From: Octopus sinensis
Taxonomy: Eukaryota
DNA length: 64,000 nt
Direction: 5' to 3'
NCBI RefSeq assembly: GCF_006345805.1
Contig: NC_043005.1
Location: 52,700,001-52,764,000 of the forward strand
A model generated the notes under the pieces. It saw only the letters and a program-made list of their open reading frames with translations. It ran no database searches and was not told the DNA's origin. Position 1 is the stretch's first letter; the number at the start of each line of letters is the position of its first letter. Below, piece by piece: positions 12,403-26,485 of the stretch. A program made the position numbers and the translations under genes.

Positions 12403-12615
12403 TTCCTATTATAGGCACAAGGCCTGAAGTTTTGTGGAGAGGTGGGTAGTCTATTACATCGACTCTGGTGCTCGACTGCTACATATTTTGATGACACCGA
12501 AAGATTGAAAAGCATAGTGCGCCTCGGTGGAATTTGATCTCGGAACGTTAAGACTGGCGAAATGTCATTAAGCCTTTTGTCTGGTGTGTTAGCGATTCCG
12601 CCAGTTCGCTGCCCT
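12403..12615 (-). mobile_element. SINE family B, old diverged copy
   Basis: Degenerate reverse complement of family B head and body. Confidence 0.65.
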
Positions 12616-12914
12616 TAAATAATCCTTTCTACTATAGGTACAAAGCTTGAAATTATATAAAATATATTCTAAGTACCTAAAATTCGTTTATTTCCCAACA
12701 ATGCTTAGCACTACTACTACTACTACTACTACTACGTGTGTGTATTTATACATACATACATACACACACACGCACACACTCACTAGCCCCTATTCACATA
12801 CTTACACATTCACACACACCATTCTCAAATACACACACGCTCGAGCACCTTCATTTGAGATCACCAGCAATTTATAATCTCCCTTTCTGTCAACCTCTTC
12901 TCTGAAACATTTTG

Positions 12915-13125
12915 ATAATCATTTGCCATGCTTCACTGCTAAATCTACACGTTTTTAATTTTCATTCTCTCGCTGGTTATTTTCTTTTATTGCTTTCTGT
13001 AGAAGAGCGTAGGCTCGAAACGTAACGGAAGTTTTTTTTTTCATTTCCCCGAGCGTCAAACTAATACACATGCTTGTTGTTCATATAAAGTCTTCGTCTT
13101 TCGTCTTTCTATAAATTTCAACTGT
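12915..13125 (+). mobile_element. H1 repeat with hammerhead-like motif at 12992-13029
   Basis: CTGTAGA-A-GAGCGTAGGCTC-GAAACGTA. Confidence 0.7.
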
Positions 13126-13314
13126 ATATAAATACGTATGTGTGTGTGTGTGGTCTTTCATCTACTTGTACTGGTTGGGTATTGTGACCGTGTAAGCATG
13201 TCATAGTGTTATCAGTAAAGGAATTTTTGTTAATGTAATGTATTTACGATGACAAAAGGATGTCATCAAAAAGGTAGGGGAAAATGTTATTGGTCAGCAT
13301 CTATTTGTCTCTAG

Positions 13315-13387
13315 TGGATCATTGTCCTGGGAATTATTTGGATACTATTTAGAAATTTTAACCTTTGTGTTTAAGGAAGTGAAGTTT
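13315..13387 (+). CDS. Candidate internal exon (phase 2-0), GSLSWELFGYYLEILTFVFKEVKF
   Basis: Acceptor TATTTGTCTCTAG, donor TTT/GTAAGC, 73 nt, only one frame open, phase-compatible with 5547-5606. Confidence 0.5.
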
Positions 13388-13518
13388 GTAAGCTATGTTT
13401 TTTATAAATATATCTTCTATTCGGTTTCTATTGTGAATATTTTACAGTATTTTATTTGGACTTATCAAAATATGCAAAAGTGGGAATTATAAAAGTTGTG
13501 CAAAAATGCATGTATATT

Positions 13519-13815
<297 letters not shown>

Positions 13816-14964
13816 GTGTGCTTGTTTCTTCTGTAGTACTCCGAACCTCCATGGCTATGAAACCTTATGATGAAGCGCATTTCAAATTAAACTTTACCAT
13901 TTGTTTACGCACTGCATTACCTATTTGAATCTTTAGTTTTAATCGGTAGGGTAAGATTAGAATAGTTTTAACTACTATGTCTAGGAGCTCTAGCGACCAG
14001 GTAATGGTTTCCCTCGTTGGCTCGATTATCAATATCGTTGCTGTTATTGTTGTTGCTGTTGCTATTGTGGTTGCATTGTTGTCGAAATGTGTAGAACTAA
14101 TAATGATCAGTAGAACAAACAAACAAACAAAAAAAAACGCAACGATAATAATTTAGACATATCTTCAAGCAAAAAGTACAGACTACAATGCATTTCACTT
14201 CCATCGATCATTCTATCGGTCAAACACTCAACGTATCTTTAATTATTCAGCCACATGTTGTTCTGTTTTATTTTCATTTATAAACAATTAGACATCTTGC
14301 GGGTATTATTGTTGTTGATGGAGGTAATGCCGTTGTTATTGTTCAATATTCGCAATTGTTACTTTCAATCAAATTCATCTTAATTATCAAGTTTAGCTTT
14401 AGGGTGAATTATTAACCTTAATTTTAAATCAACAGCGTGACCCTGCTATTTTAGACGCATTTCCCTTCAATTCATCGATTGTTCCATTCGTTAATAACTA
14501 AAACATGAATAGTTTTATCTACCGAATTTTCTTTATGTATATTCACTTATTTAAAGTTCTTTGTTTCATTCCTGTATTTGGTTTGTTTATGTTTAAAATG
14601 TGTTCAAAGTTTATTTACTCTCCCAATAATCATCTCGTCAGATTAACTCTCAAATGCCTTCAACAACCTCACTAAAACGTGCCAATTAGACACAGAGTCT
14701 CTGCTCGATCACTTGCACAGTTAAATCTCCAGTACTCTGCATTGAAAGGTTAACTTTTATTTATCGATCCAAAAGAGTTGATCGCAGTCAGATTTGAACT
14801 CAGAGCAAGTATAAAGCATTCTATCCGACACTAACGAATGAATCAATTTACTCTCAAACTAATATAAGGCAGCAGCCCCCAACCTTTTTCTTTGCATCAC
14901 GGACCAATTTAATGCAAGACAAATTTTCCACGGAGCGAAGGAATCACACGAATGACAAAACACT

Positions 14965-15545
14965 ATTAAGAGCAGAAGTTGAAGTCAAGGCCAGGATAGG
15001 TAAAGGAGTGTCAGTATTCCAACTCCTTTGTGCAAATGGAAATTGAAGACTAACAATAATACGATAAAACTGTAGCTATTCTCATCTGTTGTTACACCAA
15101 CGGCCATCTACGCCTGTGAAACCTGGAATAAGACAGCGAAGACCTCTCTGTTACTGGACATGTTCCATCGACGCTGCCTAAGTTCAGTTCTGGGTGTCTT
15201 TTTCCTGGAAAGAGTGAGAAACAAAGAGATGATGAGAAGAGCTGGTATGGGAAGTTTGCAAGACATAGTGACTAAGCGGTGGATACAGTTTATTAACCAT
15301 ATACAGGAAAGACATGCAAGAAAGAGTATTACTACTACTATTGCTATTGTTACTGGCGGAGAGACTTGCTACCACATGATGGAATGGACGCCTAGAGGAG
15401 GAGAAAGTCCGAGAAGAATACCAAGGAGGACATGGTGCAGTAGGTTCCGGAATGATATGATAGGGATAGGAATTGGCTCAAGTGAAGCCAGCTGGAAGGC
15501 AAGCAATCGAGATATTTGGAGAAGGCCCGTTGCCCGCTTTGGTAA
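14965..15545 (+). mobile_element. RTE-clade LINE 3' fragment, degenerate
   Basis: EVKARIGK...SVVTPTAIYACETW...LDMFHRRCLSSVLG...NKEMMRRAG...WTPRGG...PRRTW...DIWRR matches the RTE ORF2 C-terminus. Confidence 0.85.
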
Positions 15546-15844
15546 CAACACTGGAGCTAAGATACATATAACATATATAATTTCTATATATTGCGAAACC
15601 AACTTCCAGACTGTGATAGTCAATGAAATATAAATTAAGTTTTAAAATTTCTTTTTTTCTGTACGACCTGGTACCAAATGATACATGGCCCACTACGCGT
15701 TCACAGATCGCTGGTTGCGGGGTCCATGCTTTGAGGTATTTTCAAGTGCTATACTGATTTTCTTTGTGCCGCCCTTACAAAAGTCAGCATTGTAAGAAAT
15801 ATTTTAGAAGAATAATCACTGCGAGTTAATTATGTGATGGATAA

Positions 15845-16338
15845 TCTCCATATATATAAAACTGAGAATGTGTGTCTGTCTGTCTGTGTGTTTCCCTAAA
15901 ACTTGAGAACTACACAACCAATTTCATTCAAATTTTACACATGCCTTACTTAGGGTCCATGTAGTATCATGGGCAAAGAAATGTTCAACTGCTTGCCTAG
16001 GGTGAGCTCATAGCAATATCATATCTTCCCCACTATTTCAGTATTACGTGTTAAAAGTGAAACAAAAACATCTCTCTATTTTATGTCAGATACTTTCACT
16101 TTAACAATAAAAATTAGAGATAATAATAACAATTGAATTATATGTAGTAAGTAATAATTAAAATCAAACTAAAGTATGATGTAATAATTAAATCGTAACA
16201 TTGCATCAATGACTTGAACTTGAATCAGTGGTTTCACATGAATGGGAATAAATAAAAAATAAAATTTAAGTGCAGAAATGGAATAGTCCAGATGGAGGTG
16301 TGCACGGCTTTTACATTAGATTATTTGCTAATTAGCTA
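15845..16338 (+). mobile_element. Probable non-autonomous Helitron (second family)
   Basis: 5' TCTCCATATATATAAAACTGAGAATGTGTGTCTGTC and CCAATTTCATTCAAATTTT resemble Helitron left ends; 3' CTAG boundary uncertain. Confidence 0.45.
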
Positions 16339-16709
16339 GCATTAAGTATCTATATGAAGTTTGGCTGTACGAAAGATGCTTCTACTGAGTACCGCTGTTG
16401 GTTTATTTCTGATCCATAAAGGCCTATAGCTTCAACAGAGTACTGCTTTTTTGTTTACCGTAAGGTTTGTTGTTATTATTATTTCTGTTTAACTATTGTT
16501 ATCACGTTTGTTGATTCCTCGTAAGGGAAGCGTTTTTGTGTTGCATTTGTTAAATAATTGTAAACCGTAACCCTCCCCCTTTGGGAGAAGGAGCTTTGGT
16601 TATTGTTTAAAAATTGAATTGTGTCCCTCTTTGGGGAAATTAACAATATTTTCACCGTTTACACTGAAGCATTTTTGTTAGAATGCCTTCGATAGAAGAA
16701 AGTCCAAAA

Positions 16710-17225
16710 ATGAATTTCGCTGCAGCCGTCGGCGAGCGGCGAACTCATTAAAATTAAAATGGAAGAAATACAAACCTATTTCGGATTGATCACCGACAAA
16801 GACGGTGAATCTAGGATAACACCACCAAAAGAAATAAAAATAAAATTAAAGAAAAGACTATTGCCTATAAAGTATACAATGTAGAGAAAAAAAACGATTT
16901 GGACACCTGGAGGAAAGCACCATTCAAAAGTGTCTTATTGCGACTATGAAAGATATCAAGTATCTAACCAGATGCGATAAATTCGCTACAATAGAAGCAA
17001 GGTTCGAGTCAACGGAGCATGCAAGGGAGTACTCGACTCGAACCTTGCAGAGTGGAAATATTTTATTTTTACCTTTATATCTGGGGCGTAGGACGTCCCG
17101 GAAAATAATTTTAAATGCCCCCCACCCCCGAAGTAGAGGTAGGCTGGATTGTAGCCACACTTCTATACAAGAGGGAGGACAAGAAACAATTGATCGAAAT
17201 TACAAGAGACGGGCTAACAATTCCA
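16710..17225 (+). mobile_element. Possible L1/Tx1-type ORF1 remnant
   Basis: Broken frames MNFAAAV... and KYLTRCDKFATIEARFES...PLYLGRRTSRKIILNAP resemble LINE ORF1; weak, by-eye similarity. Confidence 0.35.
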
Positions 17226-17361
17226 GTCTGTTATATATTTTGAGTATTGTTATCACTAGCGATATCAAGATATAACTTTGTATTTTGCATTTTATGTGTA
17301 GATGTATATATATATATGTACATGTAATATGTACACATATATATACACATATATACGTGCA

Positions 17362-17390
17362 CTAGCACTGTGACCCGGCAACGACGGGTC
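17362..17390 (-). mobile_element. Helitron-type 3' terminus
   Basis: Minus strand hairpin GACCCG-7nt-CGGGTC, then ACAGTG-CTAG|T. Confidence 0.6.
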
Positions 17391-17409
17391 TTTAATGCAA
17401 GTAAGACAA

Positions 17410-17860
17410 TAATACTTTGTAGTGTATTGTAATAGCATAATATAGGTTCTTTCTGTGCGATATATATATATTCTCTTGAGCTGTGTGCAGCAAAATATAC
17501 AGCGTATATTGGTCGCATTCAAAATTCCGTCCTGGTTGGCATTATCAGATATATATTCAAGGGGAATAATAAATATGAACACTTGTTTTATACTGAAGAT
17601 CGATATTAACGCCTGTAAAGGGGGTGTTTCAGACTTGCCCATCCAGCATCTGAAATCAGTAAGATAAGCAATACATGCAATAAGGGCAGTGTTCGATTAT
17701 TCTAGTGTTATATGCTTCGAATGGATCTTCACGACATGTTTGCCCTGTAATTGACTGTTGCATACTATTCATCCATAAGATATCAACTACGTACCAGGGC
17801 TTAAGTTCAATCGCAAAACAGACCGAAGTAATTACTCCAGTAATCTTTTCGATCGTCACA
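17410..17860 (-). mobile_element. Degenerate Penelope-like GIY-YIG remnant
   Basis: ITGQTCRE...TRIIEHCP resembles YIGQTxRxLxxRIxEH; IAQKEPILC resembles PLE C-terminal IxxxKPxLC. Confidence 0.45.
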
Positions 17861-18577
17861 TGGAGTATTTGGATTTATTTATGAAAGATAATTCAGCAGT
17901 TATATCATAGATAGCAAAATTCCTACACTATCGTTAGAGTAGGTATGGGTAGTCTTGGACTAGTATTCTTGTCACATGATCAACCAACGAGCGGTAACTT
18001 TAATTCTATGTACAAGATACTGATACACGCTAAAACATGCACACGTATCTGTAAGTATTTAAAGATCTAAAGTGGCAACGGAAGAGGAAGACAATACTCT
18101 ACTCATATATATTGTGAAATGTATTGTTTAAACTGAATTATTTTGGATTGCGTTTCCTGTGTTACACCTTGGTGATCTTCAGGCGAGTACTTGTATGAAG
18201 TGAAGCTGGAATCGTGAGCCAAAAACAACCCATTGAATTCCTTCGATCACACATCATCTTAATAATACACAGACACATATATTTAAAAATGTATGTATAA
18301 ATATGTATGTATGTATATATATATGAGTATGTGCATACATGTGTATCTCTGTATGCCTTCAATGGTAGATTTGTTCTTATGAGTAGTAAATCTATCTTTT
18401 GTTAAATTACATTTATATTTAAACTGAAGTGCTGGACTAAAGTGCTACCTAAACTAAATCCTGCCACACAGTAATGAAATGGTTTTTCTTCTGTCAAGAA
18501 AACAACATTAAGATCTGGCCAGGAGGCATGGAGGAGTCAATGGAATATGGAAGACAAACACACTTTCCTTATCTTCC

Positions 18578-18608
18578 TCCTCCTCTTTCTTCTTCTTCTT
18601 CTTCTTCT

Positions 18609-18670
<62 letters not shown>

Positions 18671-18800
18671 TTCTTCTTCTTCTTCTTCTTCTTCTTCTTC
18701 TTCTTCTCTTTCTCCTTCTCCTCCTCCTTCACCACCACCACAACTACCACCACCTCCTCATCCTCTTCTCCCCCTCCTCCTCCTCCTCATCATTATTACT
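18578..18800. repeat. (TTC)n/(CTC)n polypyrimidine tract
   Basis: Direct inspection. Confidence 0.95.
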
Positions 18801-19710
18801 ATTATTATCATATACAGTCTGCCGCCTGTAAAACGTTCTGTGTATGGAAAGAGTATTTGTGTGTCATTACGGATGTAAGAGCTGATGTCATAGCTACCAC
18901 ACCAGCTTTTGCTACTGTAGTCTGTTTGTTCGTTTGTTTATTATTTGTTTTTGTTGTTGTTGTTGTTTGGTCTTGTTGAAAGTGAAATTGATTGCAATAC
19001 AATAAAACTTTCAACAACAACAACAACATCAACAACGACAGAAACAGCAGCAGCAGCAGCAGTAGCAGCAAAATAACCTGACTCACTAATAGCCAAAACT
19101 AAAAAAAGAAATTCAACTAAAATGAAGGAAACTATTTATTCCAGCCTAAAAAATATAATAGAATTTCGCCCCCAAACTCAGTAAGATATTTGAAATTCTA
19201 TTAATCTTCATAAAAATATATAAATAAGAACCTAAAAACATGTTTTAAAATAAGCAAAAACTATAAAAATATAAATAAGTTCCAAGGTTTCTTTCTTATT
19301 TTTCCCCCACTTATTATGTACTTATTACATTATTTTTTTTATATTTTTGGTATCGCTTTATATAATAGAATATTTGGTCAGTGCAGACAGTAGAGAACAA
19401 TATTTGTCTAAACAATCAAAGACTACATTAGTGCTGATTACACGGAACTCTTGCAAAACGATTATTATGCATTTTGGCACCAAGTATTCTGAGGCTAAAA
19501 TAAAATGCAGGTGTTTGGAAGCTATCAGATTGTAAGACTTGGGTGTAGGATGGTGTGGAAAATATCCAAGTAGTCAAACACACGATGTATACAGACAGTG
19601 AAACACATACACGCTCTCTCTCAAACACACACGTGTATAGAGATACATACAAAACAAGTACATACATAGATACACAAATAGTTGCATAAATAGGCACTTT
19701 ACACACACAC

Positions 19711-19779
<69 letters not shown>

Positions 19780-20085
19780 CATACACACACACACATATAT
19801 ATATATATACATTTATATAGATAGAGTGATAGAGATAGAGACATAGATATAAACATATAGAGAAGTACATATATATGAATGTTTATGTATGCATATATAT
19901 ACATATATATATGTATGTATATATATATATATATATATAATATATATATACATACACACACACACATATATATATATATATACATTTATATAGATAGAGT
20001 GATAGAGATAGAGACATAGATATAACATATAGAGAAGTACATATATATGAATGTTTATGTATGCATATATATACATATATATATG

Positions 20086-20134
<49 letters not shown>

Positions 20135-21383
20135 TTATATACATATATATATAAATACATCTACATGAGTGTCTTTTATTTATCAGTGTGTATAGTGTAG
20201 ATATTTTCTCTTTATAATCGTATGTATATATATATATATATATGTACATACACACACGCGCTTATTACATAACAAATACATACATACATACATACATACA
20301 TACATACAAAGATATAAAAGAATAGGCAACAATTATAAAAACAAAAATGTTATAAACAAAAGTAACCGGCGATGAAAACAACAACAACAACAACAACAAC
20401 AGGAAATTGCATAATTACGTCAGTTGTTGTTGCTTTTCTTAGTTACGTAGTATTTTCAAAGTAAACGTGTCCAGGAGGCTTGAGTATTTATTAATGGTTT
20501 TACTAACTTGTCAAGTCATTACCGCCACTCTCTCAACCAACCTATCCCAACCCCCAACCAATGAATGAATGAATAAACAAATAAATAAATAAATAAATAA
20601 ATAAATAAAAACAACACAACACCTGATTTCAGGAATAGAACTTGCGGCACCAATTTTTCACTGATGATTTATTGTGTAATAATTGTTTTATGTTACATCA
20701 ACTTAACCGCAAGATAGGTTTTTCTCAAAGTTTTTCAATATAGAAGAGGAAATTACTAATATTGCAATGCTATTGTTCAGTCGTGTCTGTACAACTGGTG
20801 TTTCATTAAATTACAGCTGTTGCTATAGGACTGCAGTAACTTGCTTCTTGTTTTTACTGTAGTAATGTGGCTACAGATGAGGTTTTTTTTTATTTTGGGC
20901 TGGTGACGATAATCATGGCAGTGTTGGTTGTAGAACTGTTAGTTCTTGTTGGTAAATCATAAACGCATCTAGCAAGCGGCAAATTGACCAAATCGAATGC
21001 ATTATCCATTGGTAACAGTTTAAGGATATCTCAATCCTTTGAGTTCATGTCCCACTGAAGTCAAAGTTTTCGTTTCGTATTTTTGGGATAGGGATAGGGA
21101 GAGATAAATACAGTACCGGTCTTGTTCTGGGGTCGACTCTTACTTCTTTCTTTCAGGAAGACTTTCATTTACGATTACTTTAAGATACTTCCCCAGTCAT
21201 AAAGAATCATAGAGTCGGTTTCCTGATTTCCAGCTGACTGACCGGGAGCAACGTGAAATGAAATTTTGCTAAAGAACACAGCACCTCAGTTGGTTCAGGA
21301 AATAGATATCAGGTCATCCCATAAGTTCTGTCCGAATGCCGAATAAAGAAAACACGTGATAAAATGTTATATTTAAATGAAAT

Positions 21384-21625
21384 TTAGTCATCAATGTACT
21401 TTCCATGATCATCTATTTTCTTCCATCTACTTACAAGCTTTTTAAAACTCTTGGTTTCAAAGCGAAGAACTCTGAAATGTCAGTTTCGACCTCCTCCTGG
21501 CTTGCGAAAGTTATTTCCCCCAAACGATTCTGTAAACTACGAAACAAATCGTAGTCTGAAGGAGCAGGATCGGAAGAATAAGGTGGATGAGGAATTTTTT
21601 TCCCAACCAACACATACAATCCAGC
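21384..21625 (-). pseudogene. Mariner transposase C-terminal remnant
   Basis: GWEKIPHPPYSSDPAPSDYDLFRSLQNRL...EEVETDISEFF...KLVSRWKKIDDHGKYIDD* with frameshifts. Confidence 0.9.
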
Positions 21626-22270
21626 AACCTTTACAACTGCCTTCATACTTTGTGAACATCAAAGTTCACGATACTACCAACAAGCCAAGAGAAGCCTGGC
21701 TAATAACCCCCACCTTCCAAATAAAGCTGAAAATCCCCATATATAACAGCAAGTAAAGAAACTGACCAACTAAAACATACCACTTATTTGTGAACCCCTA
21801 AAATTTGTTCCATTACAAAAGGGCAACACCCTGATTGCTAAGTTTTTAAATATTGAACTTTGTGCCGCCTTTGTCTTTTACTTTGTCGAAACAAGGATTA
21901 AATCCAATAAAACAAAATATAACTAAACTACCAACACAACCTATAACAAGCTACCAAAAGGAGCACATCTAAATATGCACCTGCTTACTAAGTTCTGCAT
22001 GCATGAATTCAAAACAATAGCATTAAACCCAAGTACAATCAATAAAAATTTCTGCAAAATAACCCAACATAAAACCTAAGTATCAATCCACAAAAATTCA
22101 CACATCCTAGGAAGGTTATTTTTAAACTCAAGTGAGACTATATAAAAGCCGATATGAACTTCATTCATAGCACTCCAACGATGACGTAATTGGCCGAAAC
22201 ATCGACGTTACTGTCATTAATATTCTTCTTCAAGAATAACACATGTATATGAATAATATTCTTGTTTGGG

Positions 22271-22307
<37 letters not shown>

Positions 22308-22353
22308 TATATATATATGGGTGTGTGTGTGTGCGTGTGTGTGTGTCTGTGTG

Positions 22354-22393
<40 letters not shown>

Positions 22394-22448
22394 TACATCC
22401 ATACACGCATACATATATACATACATGAATAATATTGTTATTTAGGAG

Positions 22449-22491
<43 letters not shown>

Positions 22492-23098
22492 CATACATAC
22501 ATGCATGCATGCATACATGCATGCATACATACATACATACATACATACATACAACATACATACATACATATATGGCGGGGGAAGAGTTTTCTGTAACTTA
22601 ATGCAATGATGTACTCCCTGATGATCCGATTGGAACACTTGGAACACCCGTTACTCGGCTCCAAACAACCAATCATAAAGGTGAAACGCGAGTTTGAACG
22701 CTAATAAAAACTTGTGCATAACTCCTTACACAATTTAGAAGTTTCTTAACCATTACACTGGAAGCAGACTGGTTTATGTGGAGCTCTAAACATAAGGGTA
22801 ACTGTCGTAAATATATATTTTTATGCAATTTCTATTATATACATATGTGTGTGTGTGTGTGTGTGTGAGTGTGTGTACATACACTGACACATTCAAGTAA
22901 ACACACACACACACACACAAACGCACGCGCGCACAAACCATCCTGAAAATATACCCGACAAAACTCATCTTAACAAATATTGCATACGCAGCAGACAGAT
23001 TCGAATGAAATATAACAAAAGAATAATACATTCATATAGCTACTTCGTTACATATACTTATATATATATATATATATATACATATATACATACTTGGG

Positions 23099-23136
<38 letters not shown>

Positions 23137-23519
23137 GAAGCGAGATAATGACAGATAAACAGATATTGGTAATAATACTAAAACTAATGATTGGTCATTT
23201 AGCTTAGAAACATTTACGTATCGAATGAGACGCTTCCAAACAGAGATGGTATAGCTTTTTTATGGTTGAAGGGGATGGGGGGCGGGGATTTATTTGTTTC
23301 TTTCTTTATTTATTCATTCATTTATTTATTTATTTACTTTGTTATTGTGGTATAGAAAGTTTATATAGACTTGCAGAAAATAGCAGCAGACAGACAGACT
23401 TTTCTTTAGCTTTGGCGATTTATTGGAAACTTATTGTTCCAGTTTTGCTGAGATAAAGCCAAACATCTGTGCTTGACAAAAAAAAAAAAGAAAAGAAAAG
23501 GAAAAAAAACAATTAAAAT

Positions 23520-23520
23520 A

Positions 23521-23569
<49 letters not shown>

Positions 23570-23580
23570 GTAATAATAAT

Positions 23581-23611
<31 letters not shown>

Positions 23612-23646
23612 GCAACAATAATAATAATAATCATAACAACAACAAC

Positions 23647-23712
<66 letters not shown>
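23520..23712. repeat. (AAT)n/(AAC)n microsatellite within a triplet-rich region to about 24090
   Basis: Direct inspection. Confidence 0.95.
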
Positions 23713-23716
<4 letters not shown>

Positions 23717-24090
23717 GAATCAACAACAAACGGTGAAAGAAACAGAAAAGAAGGAAAAAATAGTAATTAACAGAAAAACGATGTATGGAAATAGATCAAT
23801 TGTTTTGTGTTCGCAGGCGTGAGGCGAAGATGATGTGGGTATGTAGAGAGTTGTCGTTCTTGTTGTCAGCGTAGTCTCTGTTGTTGTTGTTGTTGTTGTT
23901 TTTATTGTTATTGTTGATAATGATGGTGGTAGTGATTGTCGTAATAGAAGAGGTGCTGTTAGCGTTTTTCAGGCACGAGGAGAGGTATGTGGAGGTGCGT
24001 GAAACTGTCGTACTTGTTGCTGTTGTTGCTGTCGTCATCGTTATTGTTGTTGTTGTTGTTATTATTATTATTATTTTCATCATCATCATC

Positions 24091-24510
24091 AAGGTGGCGA
24101 ATTGGACACTATATTTAGCGGCAATTTCTTCCGACTCGTTACGTTCTAAGTTCAGATATCACCGAGGTCGACTTTGCTTTTTATCCTTTCGGGGTCGATA
24201 GTTGAAAACTGGGGGTCGATGTAATTGGCTATCCCTCTCCCCTCAAAATTGTTGGCCTGGAGCCTATTTTAGAAAGGATGATTATTATTGGTTTCAAATT
24301 TTGGCACAAGGCTAGCAATATCAGAGGAAAGGCTAAGTCGATTAAATCGACTCCAACGTTCAGCTGATACTTATTTTATCGAGCCCGAAATGATGAAAGG
24401 CAAAGTTGACCCCAGCGGCATTTGTACCCAGAACGTAAAGATGGATGAAATGCCGTTAAGCAGTTTGCCCTGCATGCTAACGATTCTCGTCCACATCATC
24501 TTCTCCACTC
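24091..24510. mobile_element. Two old SINE family B copies tail-to-tail (+ 24091-24275, - 24283-24510)
   Basis: GAGGTCGACTTTGCTTTTTATCCTTTCGGGGTCGAT and its reverse complement. Confidence 0.7.
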
Positions 24511-24794
24511 CGCCTCATGAAGGATTATTATCATTAAGATGACGAATTAAGACAGTGATTTCGCAGAATCGTTAGCACACCGGGCAAAATTCTTAGCGGC
24601 ATTTCGCTTGTCGTTACGTTGTGAATTAAGGTTCTTACGAGGTCGACATTTTTTTTTTTTTTTTTTTGGTGGACGTGATATCAGTGCGGAAGCAGTTCTC
24701 AGACGTAGACAGAGAAAGTATAAATGGATAGAATTTTTCTTCCTATCGTAGTTGTTGTTATTGTTGTTGTTGAGTGGTTGTTGCGTGTCTTATA

Positions 24795-25125
24795 TTGTGA
24801 AGGTGCGTGTCTTAGTGCTTAGCGAATTCGACTCACGATTGTAAGGTTGTGAGTCCGATTCCCGGAGGCGCGTTGTGTCCCCGAACAAGAACCTTCATTC
24901 CATGTTGTTCCAGTTGATTTAGTTAGGGGAAATGAGTCGTGCCTGTATTTTATTCCAAAGGGCCAGCTTTTTCACATTTCAATGTTATGCTGAATCTCCC
25001 GAGAAGTACGTTAATTCTAAGCGTGTCTGTGGAATACCCAGCTATTTGCATCTTAATGTCACGAGTAGGCTGTTTCGGTGATTGGTTCAAGTAGAACCCT
25101 CTTCATCGTAGTTGACGGATTGCCA
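24795..25125 (+). mobile_element. tRNA-derived SINE family C
   Basis: AAGGTGCGTGTCTTAGTGCTTAG head, GAGTCCGATTCCC B-box, GGCGCGTTGTGTCCCCGAACAAGA body. Confidence 0.65.
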
Positions 25126-25574
25126 ATTACTGTGGCTGTTATTGTTATAAGCATTATATCACTTTACTATCGCTCTGTTTCAGATGTGAATTTGTATATA
25201 CATATGTGCAACTGCATGCGTTCACGTGTATCATTGTGTATACGCGTTTCTACATCATACAGTAAGAGTGACTAGGCGGTTAATATAACTAGAAGAAGGA
25301 CAAATAAATATGTATGTATACATACCATACACACACACACACGCAACACATCATAATAGCTGTGGCGTCATTTAAGTTAGGAATTACAATCTAACAGCTT
25401 GTACCGTGCTGTCGCTCGTACTTAGGTACTTCTGAATTGCCATGTAGATATAAACATCCTCTCTAATCTACCACTCTTTAACCAGTGACACAACGGGAAG
25501 ATCACACACACACACGTGCATGCGCGCGCGTATTCCAAGCATTTCGTTCATAAAAGAAAGGACGGTTTTACCAA

Positions 25575-25969
25575 TCTCTCTCTATATAAAGCTGAAGTTG
25601 TCTATGTATGGCAGGTTTGGTAGCCTTCAACTAACACTATCTCCTCCGAGACCCTGCGGCGCAAGTTGACCAAAATTGAGAGTATGATAAAAGAAGGCTT
25701 GCTCTTCATTCCGTAGAAGAAATAATTCAAATCGGACCATGTTAACACCAAAAATTATTTACATCAAAAAGGTGCTTTTTTTTCTATGAAAATCCCTACT
25801 TTTTGCGAATTTTTTTATTGCTGTGTCGCCATTTTGTCGGTGTATTTCAACCAGAAAAATGTTCTCTTAAAGAGAATAACAAGTTACATAATGCAAAAGT
25901 TTTACTTCTCAAAAATTCCAATTCTAAAGGGTTGAAACAAACCCGAGCAACGACGAGCGATACTGCTAG
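25575..25969 (+). mobile_element. Non-autonomous Helitron (third family)
   Basis: A|TC(TCTCTCTATATAAAG)...ACCCGAGCAACGACGAGCGATACTG-CTAG|T. Confidence 0.75.
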
Positions 25970-26044
25970 TTTTCCTACATAGACAGACACATAAATACAT
26001 ACACACACCATACATACATATTTGAGATATGAAAGAACTGAGGT

Positions 26045-26280
26045 TATTCCCAAGCAATAGGCTCGTAAGGCCAGTTTTCTAGAATCTGTGCTCTATATAT
26101 ATTCCCGATGGATGGGACACCGGTCAGTGGTAGGATTCCTCATTTTTACCTACTGAGTGGATTGAAGCCACACAAAACATGGTGTTTTACTTAAGAACAC
26201 AACGCATCACCCGTTCCAGGGATCGAAACCGCAATGTTGCGATCATGAGTGTAAGCTCTAACATTTAAGCCATGGGCTTC
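26045..26280 (-). mobile_element. tRNA-derived SINE, diverged (related to family C)
   Basis: Minus strand GCCCATGGCTTAAATGTTAGAG...GGTTTCGATCCC...GCGTTGTGTTCTTAAGTAAAACAC. Confidence 0.6.
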
Positions 26281-26401
26281 TACATACACAGAGACACACA
26301 CACGCACACACGCTCACGCACACACACACCTCACGCACGCACTCACACACACTCACACGCTTACATACTCACGTATACACACATAAATGTATATATATAA
26401 A

Positions 26402-26485
<84 letters not shown>

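Noticed and set aside
15160-15633. 157-aa ORF as a host gene
   Set aside because: It is the RTE LINE ORF2 C-terminus.
19369-19531. Open frame ending at a GTAAGA donor
   Set aside because: Weak acceptor and phase incompatible with the better exon candidates.
22175-22210. CGATGA...CCGAAACATCGAC hammerhead-like words
   Set aside because: Core incomplete and stems I and II do not pair.
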